Positions 31,011 to 40,982 of a DNA stretch of 64,000 bases are shown here, piece after piece. The notes beneath the pieces are model-generated. The model was not told the origin of the DNA, did not search any database, and saw only the letters and a list, made by a program, of their open reading frames with translations. The number at the start of each line of letters is the position of its first letter. Position 1 is the stretch's first letter. This stretch comes from Escherichia phage UoN_LDJ77_1. Where the stretch lies: the sequence record OK570375. The stretch is one strand, 5' to 3'. The translations under genes were made by a program, and so were the position numbers.

Positions 31011-31187
31011 TCACCCTTTAAGTAAGTCGTAAAAACCACCATTCACATGCTTAGGAGCGGAAACTAACCGAATAGCAATCCGATGACAATCAGGACATAC
31101 ATCAGTATCCCTTTCAGAAATTTTCTTGATTTTTTCGTATTCTTTTGCACAGTCTTTGGATTGGCATTTATAATCATACATTGGCAT
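31011..31187 (-). CDS. zinc-ribbon protein, 58 aa (CxxC...CxxC)
   Basis: Below ORF-track cutoff; AAGGAA SD; KCQSKDC...VCPDCH cysteine pairs. Confidence 0.5.
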   Translation of the reverse strand: MPMYDYKCQSKDCAKEYEKIKKISERDTDVCPDCHRIAIRLVSAPKHVNGGFYDLLKG

Positions 31188-31189
31188 AA

Positions 31190-31609
31190 TTATTCCTTAA
31201 AGTGAGCTTTCAACATCTGATACAAGGACCATGCTTGTTCATTATTTTCAATAGTAACTTTCATTACCGGGAATTCTGTGAAATCTTCTATTTGTTCTTG
31301 CTCTTCCTGCTCTTGTTCTTCAGCAGCCTGATATGGATTTTCAACTTCATCAAAGAACCCAGCTTCGTTAGTAGAGAGCCAGATAAAGTTTTCGTCAAGG
31401 ATATCACCGCCGGCACAACGTTTGAGTACACCTATGGATGTCATAATTTTAGTAGGACGCCCAAGATAATCAGCATCTAAAATTTTAAAAGGCTCCATAC
31501 CTAAACGTCGTGCATAGATTCCGTTATCAGTATGGTCTTTAATAAAATTTTCTTGAGCTTGTTTATTTTTAAATTGATACCATTTATTAACTTCAAATTT
31601 AATAGCCAT
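31190..31609 (-). CDS. hypothetical protein, 139 aa, acidic Glu/Gln stretch (goF position)
   Basis: ORF; assignment to T4 goF by size and position only. Confidence 0.5.
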   Translation of the reverse strand: MAIKFEVNKWYQFKNKQAQENFIKDHTDNGIYARRLGMEPFKILDADYLGRPTKIMTSIGVLKRCAGGDILDENFIWLSTNEAGFFDEVENPYQAAEEQEQEEQEQIEDFTEFPVMKVTIENNEQAWSLYQMLKAHFKE

Positions 31610-31824
31610 TAATAAATTTCCTTCCAGTAAGTTGTACCATCTTCAGTGATTTCACGAAATACACCGTAAATTGGCTGTTTATCACCGACTTTCTCATACA
31701 CATAAACAGAAGTCAAGTGAGTAAACTTGCTAGTATGTTCCTTTTGAACTACTACCAAATCTGGATCGAATAATACATCTTCAAATTCGTCATTAGTGCA
31801 GTTTTGAACAATTTTACGTTTCAT
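31609..31824 (-). CDS. hypothetical protein, 71 aa (cef position)
   Basis: ORF; size and position only. Confidence 0.5.
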   Translation of the reverse strand: MKRKIVQNCTNDEFEDVLFDPDLVVVQKEHTSKFTHLTSVYVYEKVGDKQPIYGVFREITEDGTTYWKEIY

Positions 31825-31996
31825 TACAATTTCCTCATTAATTGAACATTGGAGCGATGCGTTTCAGAAGAGTATCAACACCTTTAGCGAATTTTCCATT
31901 TTATTATCCGAGTTGTTTTCTGTATCAGTAGTTGATATTGATATAGTACCATAATCAACTACTGATGTATATAGTTTTATGAAAAAATTTTAAACT

Positions 31997-32485
31997 TTAT
32001 GCATAGAGAGCATTGCTATAGTGTTTAATCCAACTTTCAGGAATGACTTTGTATGTTCCTAAAAATACCACGTTGTACAACTTAACGCCATCTTCTACCC
32101 ATTGATCGGTAATGTATCCACACATAGCGCGAGTATAAGCAGCCTTTCCATCATCTTTGATAAATTTAAATTCGCAAGGAGCAATGAACTTAATAGCTTG
32201 ACCGAGTTTCCACTTAAAGTCTACACCTACATGCGAAGTATCAATCGTTTCAATTCCTTTAGCGGGAACAGCTTTCAAAAACGCAGGCTCAAGAAATTTC
32301 CATCGAACATAACCAAACTGGGGCTTAGACATTCCATCTTTAGCAATGATACGTACTTTTACTTCAGAATCTTCATCTTTAACACCGTGTTTAAGCTGAA
32401 TGCTTACAACTTCGACCAATTTTCCTGCTGCTTTAGAACGGGATTTATCAGATACACGAGCAATTTCACCGATATTAATATTCAT
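31997..32485 (-). CDS. motB: probable MotB
   Basis: 162 aa; position between the gene 39 cluster and dexA. Confidence 0.65.
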   Translation of the reverse strand: MNINIGEIARVSDKSRSKAAGKLVEVVSIQLKHGVKDEDSEVKVRIIAKDGMSKPQFGYVRWKFLEPAFLKAVPAKGIETIDTSHVGVDFKWKLGQAIKFIAPCEFKFIKDDGKAAYTRAMCGYITDQWVEDGVKLYNVVFLGTYKVIPESWIKHYSNALYA

Positions 32486-32558
32486 AATTATCTCTCACTT
32501 GTTAAAAAGATTTTATACTCCACAGGACCATTATACTCTGGTCCCAAGAGTTTGTAAG

Positions 32559-33107
32559 CTAGCTTACACGAACATTAATCGCTGCGCTACGAGGAACTAC
32601 AGAGTATTCTCCAGCATGAACTACGTTCAGAAGTTCAACGCCATCTTCAATCCACTGGTCTGTTACCCAACCACAGATAGGATTATCAAAAGGACGACGG
32701 ATAGACACAGCAGCACACAACAGGTCTGTAGGGTCTTGTTCTTCAACTTCTTGGAACAGGATGAACTCATCTTCATAAACCAGGTTTTTCTTTATTTTGT
32801 TATTATCTAACCGGCGACCGTGGATGACGTAAGATTTGTCAAACCACTCACTTTTGGCAAATTCTTCAACAATAAATTCGCCTTCGCCAAAAACATCAGT
32901 CAGAGTTTTATGACCAGAAATCAAGGCATTAGTTTTAATTTTAGGTTCAACCAGTTTGTAGGTTTTGCCGATTTCAATAGCGGTAGTCATAGTAGGTTCC
33001 TTAATTTCCAGTGGTTTAACAGGGCATACATAAGTGCTTACAACATCAAAATCAATCAGTTTAGCTACCGGATTTGGTATGTATTCAGGATTATAATTAA
33101 ATTTCAT
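32559..33107 (-). CDS. MotB paralogue, 182 aa
   Basis: C-terminal ~35 aa align with the MotB ORF (CG[YW][IV]TDQW[VI]EDGV..NVV..); divergent N-terminus. Confidence 0.6.
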   Translation of the reverse strand: MKFNYNPEYIPNPVAKLIDFDVVSTYVCPVKPLEIKEPTMTTAIEIGKTYKLVEPKIKTNALISGHKTLTDVFGEGEFIVEEFAKSEWFDKSYVIHGRRLDNNKIKKNLVYEDEFILFQEVEEQDPTDLLCAAVSIRRPFDNPICGWVTDQWIEDGVELLNVVHAGEYSVVPRSAAINVRVS

Positions 33108-33109
33108 AA

Positions 33110-33649
33110 TTATCTCATTTCAATAAAATCTACGAGTTCAGCATGCGATTTGCGGAACATTACTTGGTGCCCACCAATGATAACTTCATCTTCAGGAACT
33201 TCGTATACAGCGAGATAAAATCCTTTAGAAGATAATTCTTCCCGCTCTTCTCGTGTGAACCATCTCATCATATCATATTCACTAGCGAAAGCAAAATGAT
33301 AAAGACCTATAAACCATCCTGGAATATGATATTCTACTCCAACATAATCTTTCTTGAACTTAGTATTAATTACTATATTAGCGTTTTTAACTAATAGTTT
33401 ATCTTCGTGTGGTAAAGGAATTCTTTTATTATTATCGCTATGATGCATAAAATTAGGTCTGTCATAACCTACGTGTAATAGCCACTCTTCGCTCCATGAA
33501 TCTATTATACTCCTGTACGGCGTTATTTGAACACAAAGATTTCGACGTATTGTTATAGCATCTTCATAATCAAGAATACTAAACGATGATTCAACACGAT
33601 AAATTTTCATTTTATTATCCTCAGTAGCTATGGTGTTATAATACCACAA
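33110..33649 (-). CDS. hypothetical protein, 179 aa
   Basis: ORF with early promoter at 33638-33667. Confidence 0.6.
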   Translation of the reverse strand: MWYYNTIATEDNKMKIYRVESSFSILDYEDAITIRRNLCVQITPYRSIIDSWSEEWLLHVGYDRPNFMHHSDNNKRIPLPHEDKLLVKNANIVINTKFKKDYVGVEYHIPGWFIGLYHFAFASEYDMMRWFTREEREELSSKGFYLAVYEVPEDEVIIGGHQVMFRKSHAELVDFIEMR

Positions 33650-33667
33650 CTAACCGAGGAAGTAAAC
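33638..33667 (-). promoter_or_regulatory. early promoter
   Basis: GTTTAC, 18-nt spacer, TATTAT upstream of the 179-aa ORF. Confidence 0.5.
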
Positions 33668-33673
33668 AACTTT

Positions 33674-34357
33674 TTATCGTTTTGTTGGAAGAGATAGAGG
33701 ATCGCAATCTTCCTCTGACGGAGCATCTTCAAGACCCATAGCATATCGCAAAGCATACTTCATCATCAGAATATCTTTCGCACAGTCATGAATAGAATCA
33801 TGCGCAACGAATCCATCTAAAGTTCCTTTTGGAAGAGGACATGTGGTCATATCACGAACAAGAAGAAGTGCTTCAATTCTGGTACGAATATCACGCTGAT
33901 TCCAGAATTTACATGGTTCTAACTTAAATGTGTCAAGCTCATTCTCAGAAACACCATTAAGACGTTGAATATCACGAATGAGATCGACTAAAATTGGAAA
34001 ATCAAACGACATTCCACGGCACCAGCCTTGAGATTTCCAAGGATCGATATTATGTGCATTAATGTAATCATTAAATTTCGCAATACCGTCGATAGTGCTT
34101 ACATCTTCATCGGACGGTGCAATATTTTTTCGAGCTTCAGGAGACTGATTTTTCCACCATTCGATAGTACTTTTAGTAAAAAGACGATGTCCTTTTTGGC
34201 TTTTTAAATCAAATTTGATTTTAATGCCGCGTGAAACTAATTCATCAAATGTTTCAACTACTTCTGGGTTAGGGTCAAAAGCAATTACAGCTAAATCAAT
34301 AACAGCTGCTTTTTCACCACTTCCCATTGTTTCAAAATCTATAATAAAATCAAACAT
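33674..34357 (-). CDS. dexA: exonuclease A (DEDD family)
   Basis: 227 aa; N-terminal DFETMG exonuclease motif; position before dda. Confidence 0.88.
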   Translation of the reverse strand: MFDFIIDFETMGSGEKAAVIDLAVIAFDPNPEVVETFDELVSRGIKIKFDLKSQKGHRLFTKSTIEWWKNQSPEARKNIAPSDEDVSTIDGIAKFNDYINAHNIDPWKSQGWCRGMSFDFPILVDLIRDIQRLNGVSENELDTFKLEPCKFWNQRDIRTRIEALLLVRDMTTCPLPKGTLDGFVAHDSIHDCAKDILMMKYALRYAMGLEDAPSEEDCDPLSLPTKR

Positions 34358-34599
34358 TAAATTTTCCTTGCTAAATCGCGAATTTGACCTACAGTATAGT
34401 CTTGAATATAAACTTTATTAATAGGTTCATCAATAAATTTTGCCATAGATTCAATATCTTTTTGCATCTCTTCAAGACTGTATATTATCTTTAAAGCTTT
34501 TTCGCGAATAGTAATATTTTCAGGACCAGAATTTTTCTCAATGACAGCTTTAACATTTGTCATAAGAGATTTAAACTGACACCAACTTAATTCAATCAT
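34357..34599 (-). CDS. hypothetical protein, 80 aa
   Basis: Start set at first ATG (ORF-track start is GTG); paralogous to next ORF. Confidence 0.5.
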   Translation of the reverse strand: MIELSWCQFKSLMTNVKAVIEKNSGPENITIREKALKIIYSLEEMQKDIESMAKFIDEPINKVYIQDYTVGQIRDLARKI

Positions 34600-34837
34600 T
34601 AATAACCGCCTTATAAAGATGGCTAATTTCACCTAAAATGTAATCACTGATTGTAACAGTTTTTACTTCACCACAAAAGAATTCTAACGCAATCAAATCT
34701 CGTTCAATTTCTTCCAATTGAAGCATTAACTTGCCTGATTCAATTTTCACGTTTTTGCGATTTTTACTATAAGCTATTTCATAAATTTCGCTAACTTTAT
34801 CCTGAAGAAGATAAAACTGATCTTTAGTTATTTCCAC
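34592..34837 (-). CDS. hypothetical protein, about 81 aa
   Basis: No in-frame ATG near the 5' end; GTG preceded by GAGGAAG SD chosen. Confidence 0.45.
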   Translation of the reverse strand: MEITKDQFYLLQDKVSEIYEIAYSKNRKNVKIESGKLMLQLEEIERDLIALEFFCGEVKTVTISDYILGEISHLYKAVIND

Positions 34838-35084
34838 GAATAGCTTCCTCAAATTTAATTAGTAATTTACAGACACTTTCATCTAATGTAATTACTGTAT
34901 CTGTATTACTATGATATGATTGTTTTTCAATTCGTTTAATTGCTAATATAGTATCACTTATAAGATAAAGCTTATGAAGGAGCTCAGCTCCTGTTACCAT
35001 AACATTAAGATTATCTTGCTTATTAGTATGCTTCCTTATACCATCTATTAGACGATTTAAATATTTTGAATTGATGTTAATCAT
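34824..35084 (-). CDS. hypothetical protein, 86 aa
   Basis: ORF immediately after dda. Confidence 0.55.
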   Translation of the reverse strand: MININSKYLNRLIDGIRKHTNKQDNLNVMVTGAELLHKLYLISDTILAIKRIEKQSYHSNTDTVITLDESVCKLLIKFEEAIRGNN

Positions 35085-35090
35085 ATATCC

Positions 35091-36410
35091 TCACACATAA
35101 AACACATCATAACGACCACGGGTAACACCAACATAAAGAAGTTGTTGGGCCAATTCAGCATCTGCATAATGAATACAAGGCGTATAAATGAAAGCACGGT
35201 CTACAGACATACCCTGCGCTTTATGGAATGTTGATGCAGGAAGTGCTTTCACTTTACTAAACTGTGATTTAGCATCCCAAAAATCGCTCCACGGAGCTTT
35301 TCCGCCTTTGTTCCAATTTTTATAAGTTTCTGCTGTTTTACCTAAAAATAGGTTAAACTTATACAATTCTTCATCAGATGAAATTATTTTAATCTTTTCA
35401 CGATAATATTCATCATCGCCATAAGTTTCTACTGTTAAATCCCAATGACGAATTAAGTATTCCCCAGAAACACCACGAGCTTTAACAAACGTTGATGTAT
35501 ACTCTGCTTCTATAATACGAACTAATTGTCCGTTATTAAAAATAATTTCTGATACAGGCTTTCCATCAATTTTATATGTTTTAATTAACGGTTCCTGCAT
35601 TACAATAATTTCACCGACAATAAAATCTTTATCAGTTTCAAAAATCTTTTTACGAATAATGCTATTTAACTTGTCAACAGATTTATTCGTAAATGCCATT
35701 ACGCGATTTTCAAACAAATCATCTAAAGATTTGACGATTGAAAAATAATTTACCATAAAATCGCGTAAAGCGGTATCACCAGTAAATCCACGTACTCCAT
35801 GCCCGTCAACAATTTTATCATAAATCCACTTACCGTTACGAACGTCAGTAGCTACATCAATAATAGGAGCATTACTGCGTTTAACTTCAGTAAGTTCACA
35901 CTGATAAAAATCTTTGTGTGTAAAGAATGGACTGATATAAGCAGTATTTTCTCCTGGATCAACAGGTCTAATTTGCTTATTATCACCTATTCCAATTATA
36001 GTACACCAAGGTGGAATAGTTGAAAGCAGAATTTTAAATAGCTTTCTATCATACATTGACACTTCGTCGCAGATTAATACTCTGCATTTAGCTAAATCCG
36101 GTACTTCTTTTTGTTCAAAAAGAACGTTTTCTTCATATGTTACTGGGTTAATTTTAAGAATGCTATGAATAGTACTTGCTTCTTTCCCTGATAGTTTTGA
36201 AAGAATCTTTTTAGCCGCATGAGTAGGAGCTGCTAAAATAATACCAGTTTCACCCGTAGATATTAAAGCTTCAATGATGAACTTAGTAAGAGTAGTCTTA
36301 CCGGTACCAGCAGGTCCATTAATAGTTACATGATGTTTCTTTTCTTTAATAGCCTTCATAACAATGTTAAAGGCATTTTTCTGGCCTTCGGTCAAATCAT
36401 CAAATGTCAT
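35091..36410 (-). CDS. dda: Dda DNA helicase (SF1)
   Basis: 439 aa; Walker A GPAGTGKTT; position as in T4. Confidence 0.92.
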   Translation of the reverse strand: MTFDDLTEGQKNAFNIVMKAIKEKKHHVTINGPAGTGKTTLTKFIIEALISTGETGIILAAPTHAAKKILSKLSGKEASTIHSILKINPVTYEENVLFEQKEVPDLAKCRVLICDEVSMYDRKLFKILLSTIPPWCTIIGIGDNKQIRPVDPGENTAYISPFFTHKDFYQCELTEVKRSNAPIIDVATDVRNGKWIYDKIVDGHGVRGFTGDTALRDFMVNYFSIVKSLDDLFENRVMAFTNKSVDKLNSIIRKKIFETDKDFIVGEIIVMQEPLIKTYKIDGKPVSEIIFNNGQLVRIIEAEYTSTFVKARGVSGEYLIRHWDLTVETYGDDEYYREKIKIISSDEELYKFNLFLGKTAETYKNWNKGGKAPWSDFWDAKSQFSKVKALPASTFHKAQGMSVDRAFIYTPCIHYADAELAQQLLYVGVTRGRYDVFYV

Positions 36411-36718
36411 CGTAAATTCCCTGCAATTGGTATACTAACAATACGCCCAGTATCTAAAATTCGCTGATATAATCTTTGTGTGTCTACGTCAGGCTTAACA
36501 TGTTTAACTTCTATTTTATTAAACCAAAACTTACGTGGAGTCTCAACTAATCTTGGAATTCCCTTACCTAAAGCTAGTCGATACTGTTCTTTAAGAGTAG
36601 TAAATACTTTATCAGCAATCTTCCATTCAAAAAATACAGCAGGACGATGTTCATCAAGCGGAACTGGCGCCGTAAATCCGTCTTTGTCTCGGTAAACTAT
36701 CGCATATACATAAACCAT
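36407..36718 (-). CDS. hypothetical protein, 103 aa
   Basis: ORF with ATGA-type overlap with dda. Confidence 0.6.
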   Translation of the reverse strand: MVYVYAIVYRDKDGFTAPVPLDEHRPAVFFEWKIADKVFTTLKEQYRLALGKGIPRLVETPRKFWFNKIEVKHVKPDVDTQRLYQRILDTGRIVSIPIAGNLR

Positions 36719-36719
36719 A

Positions 36720-37466
36720 TTATCCTCGGATAAGTTTAAAAATTGAACAATTTAGCGGGTATCCTCTTTTCAGTTTAAGTTTATCAATAAAAGACAAGTT
36801 TTGATACCGCTCTACACCTTGAATAATTTTATCACACATATCATATTGCATTTCTGCTTCTGACAACTTTTTCACAATTTTCCAATCCGAGCCTTTAAGA
36901 AGAACGTTCAATTTAACAACTTCAGCGCCTTCTGCTATGCGAGAACCATCAATACGAGCTTTAAGTGCTATAATCCTTAGCTTAATGTCAGAGGTCTGTT
37001 TTGATTTAGAAAGCTGAGAAATGTGTTCAATTCGGTTTTCACGTTTTTTCTGTATAGCTTTAATTTGATTATAAGTCTTTTTGATTTTAGCCCATTTCTT
37101 TTCATCTAAATTTAGTTTATGAACTTTTTTCGCAGATGAACGACCAATTCGCAAAGCAAATAAATCACGCTTTTCAATCAACTCCTCTAAAGTATAATCA
37201 GAACGAAATGTATTATACTTTTTCTTTACTGCAATAACATTCCCTTTAATGTATCCAACGTTATTATCAAAACGTTCTAATGATAATTTCTCTCCTTCAA
37301 TACGATTATCAAAAGGTTCTCCTGAGTAGGCACAAACTTTTTGATCTAAAATGTTCTTAATGTAATTGAAGTCTAAGTTAAAATCTTTAGAACGTCTTTT
37401 TGCAGATGCCTGAGTATGCTCTAGACGACGTTTAATTTTACGAATTTGATTATTAGACAGCTTCAT
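36720..37466 (-). CDS. srd: probable Srd
   Basis: 248 aa basic protein; position before dda; early promoter at 37503-37532. Confidence 0.65.
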   Translation of the reverse strand: MKLSNNQIRKIKRRLEHTQASAKRRSKDFNLDFNYIKNILDQKVCAYSGEPFDNRIEGEKLSLERFDNNVGYIKGNVIAVKKKYNTFRSDYTLEELIEKRDLFALRIGRSSAKKVHKLNLDEKKWAKIKKTYNQIKAIQKKRENRIEHISQLSKSKQTSDIKLRIIALKARIDGSRIAEGAEVVKLNVLLKGSDWKIVKKLSEAEMQYDMCDKIIQGVERYQNLSFIDKLKLKRGYPLNCSIFKLIRG

Positions 37467-37502
37467 ATTTTTCTCACATCTTACGGACGGTTAACTACTT
37501 AT

Positions 37503-37532
37503 ACTATAACATTTTTACCTTAACTTGTAAAC
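37503..37532 (-). promoter_or_regulatory. early promoter for srd
   Basis: GTTTAC, 18-nt spacer, TATAGT. Confidence 0.5.
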
Positions 37533-37589
37533 AACTTTATGTAAAAATGCTTTAAAACTTTCATGGTATAATGAATCTAAGTCCTTCCA

Positions 37590-38192
37590 TTATAGATTAA
37601 ATCCTTCAAAATCAAGAGTATAGATAGTGTATGTTGAATACTTTTTGTACTCATATTTATCTGCAATTCTAAATACACTTCCAGCTGGTATCATTACTTC
37701 TTGTTCATCTGAAACTAATTCCATATTACGATAACGATGACTATCCGGAAACTTAAAGTTTGGATTGTATTCTTTACAGCGTAGAGCTTTTATAGCATAC
37801 TCCTGGAAATTGAATACCATAGGAGCTTTGAATTCAAAAATAACTTGTGTGTTATACTCTAAACCGGAAGCAAAATGTAGAGCTATATTTTTATCATATG
37901 AAGCTGATACGACTTTATCAAATGTAATAATATCAATTCCTTGATTTAATACTTGCTTAGTCTCAGCTGGAACACCTCTCCAAAGAGGTTTATCGTTTGG
38001 TTCCAAACGAGATTTGATTATTTCATTTAACCAAGTATGGTCATCTGGTTTATTAGTAATACAATGAATTAAAAGTTCAATTTCAGATAAATTAAACCCT
38101 TCAGAAAGTAATTCTTCACGAATAGAAGCACGCACCGATGCATCCATTGATTTTATTTTAAAATCTTTTAGTTGCATTACTGAGTATTTCAT
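37590..38192 (-). CDS. modA: ADP-ribosyltransferase ModA
   Basis: 200 aa; tandem with ModB. Confidence 0.75.
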   Translation of the reverse strand: MKYSVMQLKDFKIKSMDASVRASIREELLSEGFNLSEIELLIHCITNKPDDHTWLNEIIKSRLEPNDKPLWRGVPAETKQVLNQGIDIITFDKVVSASYDKNIALHFASGLEYNTQVIFEFKAPMVFNFQEYAIKALRCKEYNPNFKFPDSHRYRNMELVSDEQEVMIPAGSVFRIADKYEYKKYSTYTIYTLDFEGFNL

Positions 38193-38812
38193 TCAACTAC
38201 CTCAATATCATAAACTTTAAATGTTCCAAATGAATCGTGTAATTTTTCTTTTGAAATAGAAGTTATTCTATACTTTCCAATTGGAATCATCCATTCTTGT
38301 TCACGCACAATCATCATTAAGTTATCAGTACGCTCTGAATCTAGCCCATCAGTATCTTCATACGTGTACTTAAACTCAGTATTAGGAGAAGAAAGTATAA
38401 TATCGCTGATATGGTCAGAATAATTAAAAGCTTTATCAGTTTTTAAGCGAAATATTATTTCAGTGAAATACTCAACATAAGAAAAACCACATGCTGTGTG
38501 CAAACTAGTAGTAAATGAATCTACCCTATTCGTTGAAAACACTTCTCCAACTTGTAAATCTTTAATGAGTTCTTTTGTCGATTTTGATATACCACGATAT
38601 AACTGATAAGGTGATTTAGTTAAATGCTTTTTAACGATTTTATTCAACTGCCGATGAAGAGCTTCATTCTTTTTAGCTTCCATACATTGCCAAAGAATTG
38701 ACTGCTCAAAGTCAGTAAATTTTTCACAGACTTTTTTATACATATCATATTGAAAATCAACGCTTTCAGCTTTTATAGATAACTGTTCAACATCTGCAAG
38801 ATTAATAATCAT
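38189..38812 (-). CDS. modB: ADP-ribosyltransferase ModB
   Basis: 207 aa; ATGA overlap with modA; early promoter at 38839-38868. Confidence 0.75.
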   Translation of the reverse strand: MIINLADVEQLSIKAESVDFQYDMYKKVCEKFTDFEQSILWQCMEAKKNEALHRQLNKIVKKHLTKSPYQLYRGISKSTKELIKDLQVGEVFSTNRVDSFTTSLHTACGFSYVEYFTEIIFRLKTDKAFNYSDHISDIILSSPNTEFKYTYEDTDGLDSERTDNLMMIVREQEWMIPIGKYRITSISKEKLHDSFGTFKVYDIEVVE

Positions 38813-38838
38813 GATAGCCTCCGTATACTTCAGAAGCT

Positions 38839-38868
38839 ATCATATCATCGTTAGAAAGGAAAGTAAAC
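38839..38868 (-). promoter_or_regulatory. early promoter for modB-modA
   Basis: GTTTAC, 18-nt spacer, TATGAT. Confidence 0.45.
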
Positions 38869-38879
38869 AACTTTTTGAA

Positions 38880-39062
38880 TTATTTTGCCCAGGGAGCCCA
38901 AGGCGGAGGGTCAAGATGGTATGAAGCTAGTTCTTCTAGAAGAGCATCTGGGGCTTCAATTCCATAATTCTGTAATACTATACGGTATTCTTTCTTATAA
39001 TCACTAGAATCATTCTGGATATTCGTAGAATGATTATCTTCTAACATCTCAAATAAATCCAT
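38880..39062 (-). CDS. hypothetical protein, 60 aa
   Basis: ORF in the modB-soc cluster. Confidence 0.5.
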   Translation of the reverse strand: MDLFEMLEDNHSTNIQNDSSDYKKEYRIVLQNYGIEAPDALLEELASYHLDPPPWAPWAK

Positions 39063-39070
39063 ACTAATTC

Positions 39071-39541
39071 CTAGCGATAAAAACCAAATTGACGATTAGC
39101 TTCAATAATCTTTCTTTCTTCTTCGGACATTCTCCAACGTAGTCCAACATCAAAATGAGCCCAGACCATCTTAACAAATGCATTTATATCTTTAATATCT
39201 TCAATAATGAATGTTTTACTTTTAGAAGGTTGACTCACTAATTTAACTTTATCATCTTCAAACAGGTCAAAAAGACCATATTCATGAGCTCTTTTATAGC
39301 CTTTAATAGTTAAAGCTTCAGAAGAAGAAAACGGTGAATCTGTATTCTGCAAAATATCTTCAGTATGCTTTATAATTAGAATAACATTTTCTGGATATTT
39401 TCTTTCTTTTATATCTTTAATTAAAAAATCCGGATTTTCTGCTAAAGGAATAATTAATGAGCATTTTTTACCAAGAGTATTTACTGATTTACCTTCTTTA
39501 GACATGAATTCTACTGAATAATGTTTTGCTACTTCAATCAT
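39071..39541 (-). CDS. hypothetical protein, 156 aa
   Basis: ORF in the modB-soc cluster. Confidence 0.6.
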   Translation of the reverse strand: MIEVAKHYSVEFMSKEGKSVNTLGKKCSLIIPLAENPDFLIKDIKERKYPENVILIIKHTEDILQNTDSPFSSSEALTIKGYKRAHEYGLFDLFEDDKVKLVSQPSKSKTFIIEDIKDINAFVKMVWAHFDVGLRWRMSEEERKIIEANRQFGFYR

Positions 39542-39699
39542 GTGATTTCCTTTTGCCTACTAATGGACCCATCGGGAATTTTGTTTTCCTGGATATATTT
39601 CTCATTTTCTTCCATCATTTTACTGCCAATTTTAAGAAGCAAATCCAGTGCTTCATTTGCTTTTGCTTTAGCCTCTTCTAACGTTATATCTTTGTTCAT
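39538..39699 (-). CDS. micro-ORF, 53 aa
   Basis: ATGA overlaps at both ends link it to neighbours. Confidence 0.4.
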   Translation of the reverse strand: MNKDITLEEAKAKANEALDLLLKIGSKMMEENEKYIQENKIPDGSISRQKEIT

Positions 39700-39899
39700 G
39701 ATTTATCACCATAGATGTCTCTCATCAATTTAAGCGCTGAGCGTTCTAATTTCTTTTCTTTCTCAGCATTAATCATTGATTTCATCCATTCTTCCGATTC
39801 GTTCTGCATTTCTTTATTTGCTTGTTCAACCCAACCATCATCAATATACATTGAGTTTGGTCTATTGAACCATTCAAGAATCTTCTTGAGAGCTTTCAT
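39696..39899 (-). CDS. hypothetical protein, 67 aa
   Basis: ORF in the modB-soc cluster. Confidence 0.55.
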   Translation of the reverse strand: MKALKKILEWFNRPNSMYIDDGWVEQANKEMQNESEEWMKSMINAEKEKKLERSALKLMRDIYGDKS

Positions 39900-40374
39900 T
39901 TATTTTACCTAAAACAATAGTAGGAGCATCGTCAAATTTATGAATTTTTAGCAAATTTGGATTTAACTTATTCCATAAAGAGGTAATAAAATATGATAGC
40001 GCACTTTCGTCCGTAATTATAAATTTATTTCCTTTATCTATTTTCCAATCATATATTGAATCATATGAATAGAAGGATAACGGTTTATTATTATTATAAT
40101 ATGCTTCACTAACATCAATATAGTTAGATTTAGTAAATGCTTGAATTGCCATAAATGGAGAATTTTGTACAGTTTCAATAATTCCGATCTTTTTAAGTTT
40201 TATTTCAACATCTTCTGGAATTGGCATTGAAATAAAATCTTCTACTAGATACATGTTATTGTCATATCTTTTATCAATCATTACTGCTACGGTAATTGGA
40301 ACATCCTTGACAAACGCCATACTAATACTATTGATAGACATTTCAAACAAAATTGCTTCCATAATTTTCCTCAA
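39874..40374 (-). CDS. hypothetical protein, 166 aa
   Basis: ORF in the modB-soc cluster. Confidence 0.6.
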   Translation of the reverse strand: MRKIMEAILFEMSINSISMAFVKDVPITVAVMIDKRYDNNMYLVEDFISMPIPEDVEIKLKKIGIIETVQNSPFMAIQAFTKSNYIDVSEAYYNNNKPLSFYSYDSIYDWKIDKGNKFIITDESALSYFITSLWNKLNPNLLKIHKFDDAPTIVLGKINESSQEDS

Positions 40375-40712
40375 TCACAAGATGTAGATGAACAACTAGA
40401 ATCACAAGAACTTCCACATGAATCACCTGCCCATACGTGAACAGGAACATTTGTATCATATGAATCAGAACTAGACTGTGTTTTCTGTGCATTAGATGAT
40501 GTAGTAGGTGTTGACCAGCGCCAGGGATTTTTATAATATTCCTGGGCTTCTTCATAAGTCATAGTGACTGCTTCTACTGTTCCATCTCCCATATAAACAT
40601 ACTCAACTACAGTTAAAGGAAGGTAGTCATTTGAAATAGGAACTACACCTTCTCCGGGAGTTGTAGAGAAAAAATCTGTAAAGAAACTTTTAAACCAATT
40701 AAAGATAAACAT
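40371..40712 (-). CDS. hypothetical protein, 113 aa, with Ser/Cys-repeat C-terminal tail
   Basis: C-terminus ...[17 protein letters not shown]; ATGA overlap with upstream ORF. Confidence 0.6.
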   Translation of the reverse strand: MFIFNWFKSFFTDFFSTTPGEGVVPISNDYLPLTVVEYVYMGDGTVEAVTMTYEEAQEYYKNPWRWSTPTTSSNAQKTQSSSDSYDTNVPVHVWAGDSCGSSCDSSCSSTSCD

Positions 40713-40918
40713 TACAAAAAGCCTTTCTTGAATTCGACTTGCTTCTCACCATAATCATATCGAATTTCTGCATTAAATTCGACAGAACCATCTGCGTACA
40801 TCATAAATGAATGCACAACAACTTCTGTAGACCATGGTTGTAGTTCATATTTCTTCATTACGTGTCGTGAAATGATAATATCTAAATCTTCATTCGGTTT
40901 AATCCAACGATTTAACAT
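40712..40918 (-). CDS. hypothetical protein, 68 aa
   Basis: ORF with early promoter at 40945-40974. Confidence 0.55.
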   Translation of the reverse strand: MLNRWIKPNEDLDIIISRHVMKKYELQPWSTEVVVHSFMMYADGSVEFNAEIRYDYGEKQVEFKKGFL

Positions 40919-40944
40919 AGCGCTCTCCTCTATAAGATAATTCT

Positions 40945-40974
40945 ATTATACCATACTCATTTTGGAAAGTAAAC
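40945..40974 (-). promoter_or_regulatory. early promoter
   Basis: GTTTAC, 18-nt spacer, TATAAT upstream of the 68-aa ORF. Confidence 0.5.
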
Positions 40975-40982
40975 CATTTAAA

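Noticed and set aside
39521-39733. Plus-strand 70-aa ORF
   Set aside because: The minus-strand 53-aa micro-ORF with ATGA coupling explains this interval better.
40343-40555. His-rich 70-aa ORF overlapping the Cys-tailed ORF
   Set aside because: Alternative frame of the same repeat DNA with no start context; the 113-aa frame is translationally coupled to its neighbour.
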